Made by a program: the position numbers and the translations under genes. A stretch of 63,440 nt of DNA, the filler included, from Octopus bimaculoides (lineage: Eukaryota): assembly GCF_001194135.2 (NCBI RefSeq). It is 5 parts of 5 records of this genome, joined end to end, with 100 filler letters (N's around TTAATTAATTAA, not from the genome) between each part and the next. Parts side by side here need not be neighbours in the genome. Positions count along the whole stretch, not along the records: positions 45,387 to 57,482 come from NC_068998.1; positions 57,583 to 62,289 come from NC_068996.1; positions 62,390 to 63,440 come from NW_026402440.1; 2 more parts are not named here. The stretch is one strand, 5' to 3'. The notes under the pieces were generated by a model. It worked only from the letters and a program-made list of their open reading frames with translations, did no database searches and was not told the origin of the DNA. This document shows positions 52,982-62,409 of this stretch, in pieces. The stretch's first letter is position 1. The number at the start of each line of letters is the position of its first letter.

Positions 52982-53188
52982 TTAAAGTTTCTGTATTTGT
53001 TTTGCAATGTTGATGTGAAATCCTGTTTTGAAACGGGTTTTGTTATGCCTGGGGACAATCATTTTCTTTTCGGCCAATTCAACCCACAGACTGTTTGGTT
53101 CGTCTCCATTCTGGCTTTTCCACTGGAATTCTTTCACACATTCTGTGACTGCTTCTGTGATTTTCTTCTTACGTCTATACTCCTCTCT
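52982..53188 (-). CDS. Candidate alternative terminal exon, 68 aa (REEYRRKKKITEAVTECVKEFQWK...KQIQKL)
   Basis: Open frame in a locally GC-richer island, preceded by a pyrimidine tract and cag (tctgttcctcgtatccccctcag), phase 0 like the donor at 55632. No family recognised. Confidence 0.25.
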   Translation of the reverse strand, partial: REEYRRKKKITEAVTECVKEFQWKSQNGDEPNSLWVELAEKKMIVPRHNKTRFKTGFHINIAKQIQKL

Positions 53189-53852
53189 CTGAGGGGGATA
53201 CGAGGAACAGATAGTCCTTGAAAGGGTCACAAAATGTCTGATAAAAAAAAGCTAAAGTGAAGATTCAAATAGACAGAGCATGGCGTTTAATTGGCAAAAA
53301 CAGAAAGAAAATGACCGACCCCAAATATAATAAAATCTCATTATTATTCTTAATGAAAGGAATTCTGTAAATGAAAGAAAGAATATAATTTCAAACTATT
53401 CAGTAAATTAATTATAAACAAAATTTACTTATTGTATAATTATGCAGATAGGTCTTGTTATTCTCATTAATGATGCTGTTTTTGTTTTAAATAAAATGAA
53501 ATTGCTAAAGAGTTTGGCTGAGTATACAGGTGAGCAAGTCTTTGATAACAGATACCTTAATATATAATACACTTTCCATAGAAAAATGGTTTAGTAACAA
53601 AAATGCAAAAAGAAAAAAAAAATTAATATAAAAACATTTTCTATGAAGGAACATTTGTGATATAATTTATCATTTTGGAAAAAAAAAAGTGAAATCAACA
53701 ACAGAAAAAAAAAAAGCTTTTAAATTGTTTCCATAAGAATACTTGTTTGTATTTTGGAATAAGCTTTTTACTTAAACTGATTTGGTGGGAAATGATGAGT
53801 AAAGGTAAATAAATAGAATATCATGAGAGAAAAAAATTTAGCAGATCCTTAA

Positions 53853-54929
53853 TTAAAAGAAGTTAGAAATCTGCACAGTTCCATCGGCTGGTGATACAAC
53901 TGTGTTACTGGTTTCATTGGGGACAGTCTTTGAAGGTGGGTTGCTTGTTGTCAGCGTCGTGCTGCTTGCTGAGGCAACAGTTTCAAGGGATAAATTGCTG
54001 CTCATCTTCAATAACGTTGCCGACGGTGATGAAGAAAGAGTTGGCAAGACTGTGGAATCTTTTGAACTTCCACTGCTCTCGCAGCTGTCCTCTTTTGCCG
54101 TTTCCTGATCACTGCTGCCACCTTCTTCCAGACAGCACTGAGATGCTTTAACCCAATCTTGGATCAGTTTGTCTTTTTCTACAGCTTTCACTCGAGTCAA
54201 ATTGATGGAGCTGTCGGCACAACTTGTCGTCTTATCAAGATGTCCTTGTTCAGAGTAAGTCTCTGTCACAATAGTGGAGCTTCCTTCACCAATGGTTTTT
54301 GAAGAATGGGTTGATAACACCTCGCTGGTGTCGCCAACGGTACGTACAGAGTGTTGAGAGAGAATCTCTGTGTTCAGTTCGTACCCAACAGAATGAATTG
54401 AATCAATGTGTGGTAACACATTCAGTGCTTCTTGTAGTAACGTAAAATTATTACTTAAACCATCATCATCGTTTTCACTATCGCATTGCTCAAAACCAGA
54501 GGACAACAATTCCAGATTCCCATTCCCAATGCGAGCACACGCCGTATCATTTGAATCTTCTGTGTCGGCTTCGTTGCCGTCATCGATTTCAGCCATTGCA
54601 GAAGATGCAGTTATTTGGTGAAAACAAAGTGGAGATATTTTCATTTCAGAATCTTTCTCTTTCTTGGCAATCTCATTTCCTCGACTGTCGGTCTCAGGTT
54701 CCAGCTGTGGGTAATTTTCTGAGATGGGTTCAGAGAGAATACTGCTGGCAAACGAAATCCCACTGCAACCTGAAGGAGTTCGGGAATGGCCCATATGAGC
54801 AAAGATTTGGGTTGGATTCGAGTAGATTTGAGGTACATTTTCCTGAATGTCTTTTTCAATCATGGCAACCATTTCCACGTACGACTGACGAGCTTTCTCT
54901 GTTAATTCCATTAATTTTCTGAAATTCTC
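53853..54929 (-). CDS. SECISBP2L: SECIS-binding protein 2 / SBP2-like, terminal coding exon (end of L7Ae plus acidic Ser/Thr-rich tail)
   Basis: Acceptor ttttttag at 54931-54930, then ENFRKLMELTEKARQSYVEMV...HMGHSRTPSGCSGISFASSILSEPISE...LIQDWVKASQ...TAA. The HMGHSRxPS..S.ISF.S..SEPISE motif and the I..WV..Q motif correspond to the SBP2L-type C-terminus as recalled. 358 codons plus stop. A single invertebrate gene may be co-orthologous to vertebrate SECISBP2 and SECISBP2L. Confidence 0.95.
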   Translation of the reverse strand, partial: ENFRKLMELTEKARQSYVEMVAMIEKDIQENVPQIYSNPTQIFAHMGHSRTPSGCSGISFASSILSEPISENYPQLEPETDSRGNEIAKKEKDSEMKISPLCFHQITASSAMAEIDDGNEADTEDSNDTACARIGNGNLELLSSGFEQCDSENDDDGLSNNFTLLQEALNVLPHIDSIHSVGYELNTEILSQHSVRTVGDTSEVLSTHSSKTIGEGSSTIVTETYSEQGHLDKTTSCADSSINLTRVKAVEKDKLIQDWVKASQCCLEEGGSSDQETAKEDSCESSGSSKDSTVLPTLSSSPSATLLKMSSNLSLETVASASSTTLTTSNPPSKTVPNETSNTVVSPADGTVQISNFF

Positions 54930-55632
54930 CTAAAAAAGAAAAGAATATTTTTGAATTGGAAGAATGTATTAAACCAAAATCTGGAAGCAATTTTGAAGAT
55001 GACAGTTGATTACACAAAGATTTTGGGACCAAGAAGCCCCGTCTTAAAAGTCGTTCTTCATTTTATGACATTAACAAAATTTAAATGTTGAACCTATAAA
55101 CGAGATAACCAATAATTAGCAGCACCATCTTCTAAAGAAAAAAGAAGGCTTTGGTCATCTATATCTTCGGAATTTAGCATAAAGAAACAGGAAGGACTGG
55201 TGTAATATTACCAATATGGCAAGTAAAGTGAATAGGTGGATAATATAAGAAGCTTAAAACATAAAATGGAAACTGTAAGGTTCTAAGATAAAAAGTTGAT
55301 GCTTTTGCAAGCTGGAAGTGCTGCGAGGCTGCATATTTTTTTATGCAGATCTACTTCCATATTACCCATCGATATGTTTAAGTGAAGAGAAAATACGTTT
55401 TTCACTTTTATTATTTACTCATCAGGGTCAGTTATCAAAGTTTATTTTAAATCTTATTCTAGCCATGAAACTATATCCTGTTTAGATTAGTTAGGGGGAT
55501 AACTTGGGGGGGGGGGGTCTTGCAATGAATTCCTTTGTCCCCCCCCCATAGTCTGTTCTTCATTTAACATGATTGTTTCTTTGGAACCAAAGAAACATGA
55601 CAATCAAATAAATAACGAGTGTAAAAGATTAC

Positions 55633-55787
55633 CTCAGAGCCTTCATAATTGAATATTCCAACAACACTAACAGGTACTAATTTGGCACAGGCTCGTCCTA
55701 AAGCACGACGACCCAGAGCAAAGACAAAAGGTACATTCTGGTCAGTACAAAGATTCAAGATATTATTCAGTGCATCATCAAGGCCAC
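55633..55787 (-). CDS. SECISBP2L: SECIS-binding protein 2 / SBP2-like, L7Ae exon
   Basis: Encodes (G)GLDDALNNILNLCTDQNVPFVFALGRRALGRACAKLVPVSVVGIFNYEGSE, closely matching the SBP2/SBP2L L7Ae motif GGLD...IPFVFALGRKALGRCVNKLVPVSVVGIFNY. Acceptor ttcctttcag, donor gtaatc; 155 nt, phases fit both neighbouring exons. Confidence 0.97.
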
Positions 55788-56072
55788 CTGAAAGGAAAAA
55801 TTTAAGAAATTGACCAACTTTGAAAAGCCATTTCAATATTTTGGGGATTTTACCATGTTCTATTGCATGTAAAAAGTTCTTGGATTGTTTTATATCAAAG
55901 GAAGACTTTGAGGCACTTGTGTGTTCAGCCCGATTACATTGGACAAATTCAGTCTACAAGTGATGTTCAACAACTGGTGAGAGTCACACAGTTCCTTCCA
56001 GCAGTGAGAGATGGATCAGTTGCTCCAGCTGAGTACTTGGATGATTTCCCTGCTTCTCTCCATTGCACTAAA

Positions 56073-56290
56073 TCGTGATCATTTAACGTCCACTTTCCAT
56101 GCTGGCATGGGTTGGATGGTTTGACTGGAAACTGGTAAGCTGCACTAGGTTCCAGTCTGATTTGACATGGTTTCTACAGCTGAATGCCCTTCCTAACGCC
56201 AACCACTTTGAGAGTAGCGGGTACTTTTTACACACCACCAGCACAGGTGCCATTAACCACAACTATGGTCTCACTTGATGTGACTTGCAT
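56073..56290 (-). mobile_element. SINE or LINE-tail family D copy inside an SBP2L intron
   Basis: tttaacgtccactttccatgctggcatgggttgga...tttctacagctgaatgcccttcctaacgccaacc; the minus-strand GGTTGGCGTTAGGAAGGGCAT motif is recalled from RTE-associated and V-type SINE tails. Family assignment uncertain. Confidence 0.65.
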
Positions 56291-56718
56291 TCGGGTGAAG
56301 ATGAACCAACAGAATAAAAAGGGGGGAAAACTAAGAGGGATCAAAATCTGGTTTGCCTGGATATCAGTTGTACTTCTAGATCCACACCTTTAAAGAATCA
56401 GGTCTTTTGAAAGATACAACTCACCAGCATTCCAGATATTACCAAAAACAATATAAAATACACATGTACAACTCAAATTTAAATAAACATTTTTGGCTCA
56501 AATACTCACTACACAGATTAAACAATGTGATTCTAGCAGAAACAACTCTGTACTTGAGGGTTTAAACAAATGGGGCCAATGCACCAATTCAGAGCTCAAA
56601 AGGAGCTGGTGTTCTGAACAGTGATGAACATATTTTGTGTTGGAATCTGCCAGAACATATTAAGTATAAATATTCCAATAAAGAATTTTTTATTGTCAAA
56701 TGCAAAAATATTTCTGAC

Positions 56719-56833
56719 CTTTCGATTGAATTTTCTCAAGATTTGGTGAAATAATAACACATTTCAGTTTCTTAAGCTTAAGGTGTTTAGTAACTTCTCT
56801 GAGGCCCAGAACAATACGGCGCCGCATTTTAGC
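56719..56833 (-). CDS. SECISBP2L: SECIS-binding protein 2 / SBP2-like, internal coding exon (start of L7Ae domain)
   Basis: Missed by the ORF track. Hand translation gives AKMRRRIVLGLREVTKHLKLKKLKCVIISPNLEKIQSK+G, matching the recalled human SBP2L segment AKARRRLVMGLREVTKHMKLNKIKCVIISPNCEKIQSK. Acceptor ttcttcag (AG at 56835-56834), donor gtcaga (GT at 56718-56717); 115 nt, phase 0 in and phase 1 out. Confidence 0.96.
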
Positions 56834-56967
56834 CTGAAGAAAAACAAAAAACAAAACCCATTTAATGAAATAAGTAGAATTAATTTTATTGTGGGAAATA
56901 TTTTAATTTAGGAATTTAGATTTTGTTTGAAGAGCAAAAAATTAGGAGATGAAGAGAGATAAAAATT

Positions 56968-57007
56968 CTGAGGAGATTAATAAGGGATTATTAATCTGGG
57001 AAACGTC
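56968..57007 (+). ncRNA. Hammerhead-like motif with 10-bp stem and GNRA loop (imperfect)
   Basis: CTGAGG-AGATTAATAA-GGGA-TTATTAATCT-GG-GAAACGTC. Both core halves are present, but junction spacing is off and no helix I is evident. Confidence 0.3.
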
Positions 57008-57157
57008 CTGTGTAATAGTAAACTTTATTATCTGTAACGAGCAAGAATTTAGAGACTATGTTCTTCTTGAGGCAGTTTATTTAATGGATTCTGATCTCGA
57101 AACCTACAATTGTTTCTGCTATTATTATCACTACTTTTGGTGTTAAAATTATTATTA

Positions 57158-57482
57158 TTAAGCAATTAAGAGTATGAAGACCGGGAAAGCCCCCGGCCCA
57201 TCAGGAATCACTGCAGAGATGCTCAAAATATCTGGCAGTGTTGGCTATAGCCTAGTCACCCGTATTACGAACCAGGTGATACACGAAGGAGTCATACCCA
57301 ATGACTGGTGTAGCAGCATCATAGTCAACTGCTACAAAGGTAAAGGTGACGCTTTAGATACAAATAATTACAGAGGCATCAAGCTGTTAGATCAGGTTAT
57401 GAAAGTTACAGAGAGGGTCATAGCCCAACTAATTAGGGAGCGAATCAATTTAGATGAGATGCAGTTTGGGTTCGTGCCAGGT
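57158..57482 (+). mobile_element. RTE-clade LINE reverse-transcriptase fragment, cut by a scaffold join
   Basis: MKTGKAPGPSGITAEMLK...IPNDWCSSIIVNCYKGKGDALDTNNYRGIKLL...QFGFVPG shows typical N-terminal RT motifs of RTE/BovB-like elements with no stops. It lies in the intron upstream of the first visible SBP2L exon, antisense to the gene. Confidence 0.92.
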
Positions 57483-57582
57483 NNNNNNNNNNNNNNNNNN
57501 NNNNNNNNNNNNNNNNNNNNNNNNNNTTAATTAATTAANNNNNNNNNNNNNNNNNNNNNNNNNNNNNNNNNNNNNNNNNNNN
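57483..57582. other. Artificial scaffold-join spacer
   Basis: Same 44N-12-44N structure; an RTE fragment on the left meets a Tx1/L1 fragment on the right. Confidence 0.95.
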
Positions 57583-57914
57583 GCCCAAGATGCAGCCAGA
57601 GCGACGAAACCGTTCTGCACGCACTCGTGCAGTGTCCAACTATTGCAGACCTGTGGGCTTATGTTGAACGGCTGCTATCATGTGTAGAACGAATTCGGTT
57701 ATCGGCTGAGTCTATCGTGAATGTGTGTGGTGGACTCGTGCGAAATGTTTAGAGACAAACACTTTCATCTCTGGCCAACTTCAAGTATCACTTGGAGAGG
57801 AAGGTGAGAATAGAGAGGGAAGCTTTATCTCATGAAAGTTTCAATAAAAGGTGGGTGAATGTAGCAAAGATAGTACGCGTGAATGACGAAACCACTTTGA
57901 GAATGATCCTGTAA

Positions 57915-57947
<33 letters not shown>

Positions 57948-58206
57948 TGCTTTGCTCTCATGTGTTTCTTTCCCTGCCTGAGGTCACCGTGGTCGTTTTC
58001 ATAAACTTTTCTTTCCACAGATAAACGTAATCTGTATTACATTTTTACTCCCCCTTTCGGGAACTCTGTTATGAACGGAACATTGTTATTTCGCTGTTTA
58101 CACGTCCCAAACGCTTTCGATCCCTTTTGATTGTACTTTTTCTCTCTTTCGAAAAGAAAAGTTCTCTATTGCATTGTTTCCTCTGTATTCGGCCCTGCGT
58201 GGCTAA

Positions 58207-58210
<4 letters not shown>
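57583..58210 (+). mobile_element. Tx1/L1-clade LINE 3' end (ORF2 zinc knuckle, C-terminus and 3' UTR)
   Basis: (C)PRCSQSDETVLHALVQCP is a zf-RVT-type CCHC motif. After an apparent internal deletion come VWWTR and then ...ESFNKRWVNV...MIL* (TAA 57912-57914). The UTR ends in AATAAA (58205-58210) abutting (TC)n. Confidence 0.85.
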
Positions 58211-58259
<49 letters not shown>

Positions 58260-58581
58260 CTCTCTCTATCTATCTATCTGGCTTGCTAGCTACTTATCTG
58301 TCTAGCTAAAAGTAAAGGGGTATTTCAATGGACGTTAATCAAAACCTCCCGCTGCAAATATCAATATATATAATGGGGTTTAGTAAATGGGTAAAGTGTA
58401 CAATGTTTGAAATGGTGATATAGGTATATGATTAACACGTTAATAAATGAATATATGCATGCAAAAGACAATAGTTGAAATAAAATAGAGATAAAAATGT
58501 CTAATAAATAACTTGTAATCGTATGTGTGCGTATGTGAGTGTGAGAGAGGGAAAGGGAGGGGAATAGAGGATCAGAGAGTA

Positions 58582-58584
<3 letters not shown>

Positions 58585-58629
<45 letters not shown>

Positions 58630-58659
58630 TCTATCTACACATACAACACGGACACACAA

Positions 58660-58694
<35 letters not shown>

Positions 58695-58848
58695 CAGAGA
58701 AAGATAGATAGATAGATATAGCTAACTAGATAGATCGGAAGATAAATAAGTAGACCCATAGATAGATGGATGGATGAATAGACAGATACATTGATCGGCA
58801 GACAGAGATATAAGTTAGACATTTAAATAATCGATAGAGGCAGAAAGG

Positions 58849-58918
<70 letters not shown>
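58585..58918. repeat. (CTGT)n/(CTAT)n, (AGAT)n, (CTAT)n blocks in alternating orientation
   Basis: Directly visible. Other GATA-type tracts lie at about 6326-6363, 16130-16202, 18634-18690, 23889-23920, 30445-30498 and 35377-35428. Confidence 0.93.
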
Positions 58919-59970
58919 GACAGATAGATCGATCGACATAAGTGCAGATATATGTCTACATGGACACTGTCGGTCAATATTGGTGTCAGCTGAGAGTTGA
59001 AGTCATTTTGTACTGTCTAGCTTGTCACAATTTCAACGTGATATGAATTTGGCAAGAATTCAAGAGAATTCAAGAGTCTTGCTAACTGTCTCTAGTTAGG
59101 CTGGCCTAATTGATTAGGCTGTCTGAAAGTTGGTTAGATAGGCATATTGTCGTCGATTCTGCCTGCCAGATTTTGTTTTGCAAATAGAAGGTTGCAACAC
59201 AGCAAGTAGATATTCGAGCTTACACACACGTCTGCACGCAAGCTTGTGTACACACACAAGAGCACACACATAGACACATGTACACATTCGCACACACACA
59301 CACATCCAAACATTACATACACACACACGAAAACACAAATGCATAAACACACGCATATACAGAAATACTGAGCATGCGTATAAATGTGCTTGTATCAATC
59401 ATATGAATACTCTTTCTGACACATACAGAAAACACACAAACACAAAAGAAAAAGAAACACATAGTTATATGTGTTTACCAACGTTCGTATGTCTGTATAC
59501 ATATTTGTTCAAATACATACACACATCTTTATACACGCATGCATGTATATGTGTCTGCGTATTTGTGCGTTTGAGAGAATGTGTGAATGTGTGTTTGTGT
59601 ATGAAGAAAGAACGAGAGAAAGAGAGAGATAACTCAGAAAGACGTATGTCCGAAGTATACATATGTGTGTGTGTGTGTGTGTATGTGTGAGCGCGCGTGC
59701 GTATATATGTCCCTCTCTCAATGCATACACGCACACACACATACATACACACATGCACAGTTATATAAATACACACACATGTATAAATGTTTTTGTGAAT
59801 GTAGGACATACTCAGAGAAACCACATCTCTTTCAAATTACTTCTTAAATTTACACTAAACACAAAGAAACACACACACATACGTGCACACACACACACAC
59901 ACACACAGACACACAGACACACAAACACACACACACACACATACACACACACACACACACACGCACACAC

Positions 59971-60028
<58 letters not shown>

Positions 60029-60533
60029 TGAAACAGAGATATTTGCAGACAGATCCATGAAATAACATCTACGGCAGACATGGATAATGTACGCATATTT
60101 TCGTGAAAATTCGTTCACAATTATTTATCTTGCATACGTTCATTGTCGATCACGGATATTTTTCTTGCAAACAGGATATTCTGTATATCCCATGAGCAAT
60201 GTGAACAATGCTATCAGTAGCATTGAGAGTTCAGCTATTTCATGGATAGGAAAGCCAAGACAAATTGAAATAAAACAACTACTTCCATCAATGTTCCAAC
60301 ATTTTAGTATTATTCTACTATTTCCTTCTTTCTTTTCTCTACTGACCAGACTAATATTAACATACATTTGGAATAGAATAGGATACCAGAAGATTAAATG
60401 ATAAAATGATAGTGTAAGTGGAAAGGGGTTTTATCGGTGCGTGTGTGTGGGTCTTTCTGGAAGGAATACTGAGATGTAGAAACTGACTATGAAATAATAA
60501 ATGATTAAAAAAATCAACCGAAAGGTTCTACCT

Positions 60534-60583
60534 ACCTACTTACCTACCTACCTACCTACCTACCTACCTACCTACCTACCTAC

Positions 60584-60626
<43 letters not shown>
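60534..60626. repeat. (CTAC)n(CTAT)n tract at the 5' junction of the Tx1/L1 copy
   Basis: Directly visible. Confidence 0.95.
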
Positions 60627-62289
60627 GCAGCGAGCCAAGGACCTCTCCACAAAGTCATTACAACATGAGGACCTGCTCATGATCCCTACGTACCTTGGTC
60701 GTAGGGTTACGAAAATAAAGATTTCGAATGTGCCTCCTGAAATTGAGGAAGAATGGCTCGTATCTGCCATATGTCTCGGCATAGACGAGGAAATAAACAT
60801 TTTAGAAGCATCTGCCGTGTACAATGGAAACTGGATTGGCCAGGAATTTCAACTCCTGGTACAAGTTGATCCAGCAAACTACGAGAAAATTCCACATAGA
60901 ATCCAATTNNNNNNNNNNNNNNNNNNNNNNNNNNNNNNNNNNNNNNNNNNNNNNNNNNNNNNNNNNNNNNNNNNNNNNNNNNNNNNNNNNNNNNNNNNNN
61001 NNNNNNNNNNNNNNNNNNNNNNNNNNNNNNNNNNNNNNNNNNNNNNNNNNNNNNNNNNNNNNNNNNNNNNNNNNNNNNNNNNNNNNNNNNNNNNNNNNNN
61101 NNNNNNNNNNNNNNNNNNNNNNNNNNNNNNNNNNNNNNNNNNNNNNNNNNNNNNNNNNNNNNNNNNNNNNNNNNNNNNNNNNNNNNNNNNNNNNNNNNNN
61201 NNNNNNNNNNNNNNNNNNNNNNNNNNNNNNNNNNNNNNNNNNNNNNNNNNNNNNNNNNNNNNNNNNNNNNNNNNNNNNNNNNNNNNNNNNNNNNNNNNNN
61301 NNNNNNNNNNNNNNNNNNNNNNNNNNNNNNNNNNNNNNNNNNNNNNNNNNNNNNNNNNNNNNNNNNNNNNNNNNNNNNNNNNNNNNNNNNNNNNNNNNNN
61401 NNNNNNNNNNNNNNNNNNNNNNNNNNNNNNNNNNNNNNNNNNNNNNNNNNNNNNNNNNNNNNNNNNNNNNNNNNNNNNNNNNNNNNNNNNNNNNNNNNNN
61501 NNNNNNNNNNNNNNNNNNNNNNNNNNNNNNNNNNNNNNNNNNNNNNNNNNNNNNNNNNNNNNNNNNNNNNNNNNNNNNNNNNNNNNNNNNNNCAGATGAA
61601 GATGACACAGAGGATTGGCAAGTGGCCATGGGGGGAAGAAGAAAAAGAGGAAAAAAAAAGAACGGAAAAACAAACAAACAAAGCGGGGAGGTTTACCAGC
61701 CCCGAAACCAACACATCCACAGAAAACAAAAACACCAACACAAACGCACCAACACAGAACCCCACAACAATGTTGACAGCGATAAACACAAACAATCCAG
61801 ACCTAATGAAATTCATTAGGTCAAACACTAACATAACAGAAAATGACACGAAAACAAGCAATCACCCACGCACAACACCACCACAACACATCAAAATCAT
61901 ACACGTGACACGTAGCACATACAATACACTGAAATCTCTCTACCCGGATGCTGTAGGGAGATGCCAGAAATATTCATCTAAAAAACTGTACAAAGACCTT
62001 CTGAGAGAAGACTGTGAGGCGAAGAACCAAGAACTTTCGGACAGTAAGTAACTCTCTCTCTCTCTCCTTTCGTGTGTAAAACACAAATTTTGATAGAATC
62101 ATGCTCAAAATAGGCAGTATAAATGTACGTGGCTTGGGGTCGCCTTGGAAACAAGGGTATCTGTTAAACGACATCAAGTCACAAAATCTGCATGTCATAG
62201 CCATCAGCGAGACCAGACTCCACAGCCCGCGGGCCCTCCAGCACATGTTCGGCGGACATTTCAACATTTATTTTTCTCCGTGTCTGCCG
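60627..62289 (+). mobile_element. Tx1/L1-clade LINE 5' part (truncated ORF1, spacer, start of ORF2 APE endonuclease)
   Basis: ORF1-like LMIPTYLGRRVTKIKISNVPPEI motif, a gap at 60909-61592, ORF1 tail ending at 62051, then ATG at 62101 giving MLKIGSINVRGL...HVIAISETRL, the APE domain I/II motifs of L1/Tx1 ORF2. Confidence 0.88.
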
Positions 62290-62389
62290 NNNNNNNNNNN
62301 NNNNNNNNNNNNNNNNNNNNNNNNNNNNNNNNNTTAATTAATTAANNNNNNNNNNNNNNNNNNNNNNNNNNNNNNNNNNNNNNNNNNNN
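62290..62389. other. Artificial scaffold-join spacer
   Basis: Same 44N-12-44N structure; it truncates the Tx1/L1 ORF2. Confidence 0.95.
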
Positions 62390-62409
62390 ATGTTGAAAGC
62401 GAGGATATT

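Larger units (their letters stand above)
48540..53852 (-). other. Putative long (about 5.3 kb) 3' UTR of the SECIS-binding protein gene
   Basis: Unique, nearly repeat-free, U-rich on the minus strand, directly downstream of the stop codon, with many AATAAA hexamers. The 3' end is inferred, not shown. Confidence 0.35.

Noticed and set aside
48540-53852. A SECIS element in the SECIS-binding protein's own UTR (possible autoregulation)
   Set aside because: A by-eye scan of minus-strand ATGA sites found none with a proper helix II, apical AA and 3' GA, and the CDS ends in TAA with no in-frame TGA. SECISearch3 would be the definitive test.
52907-54922. Plus-strand ORFs overlapping the SBP2L exon and the candidate exon
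   Set aside because: Antisense shadows of the minus-strand frames, with no recognisable motifs.
55385-55432. CTGATGAG...GAAA on the minus strand in the SBP2L intron
   Set aside because: Helix II and helix I do not pair; likely a chance match.
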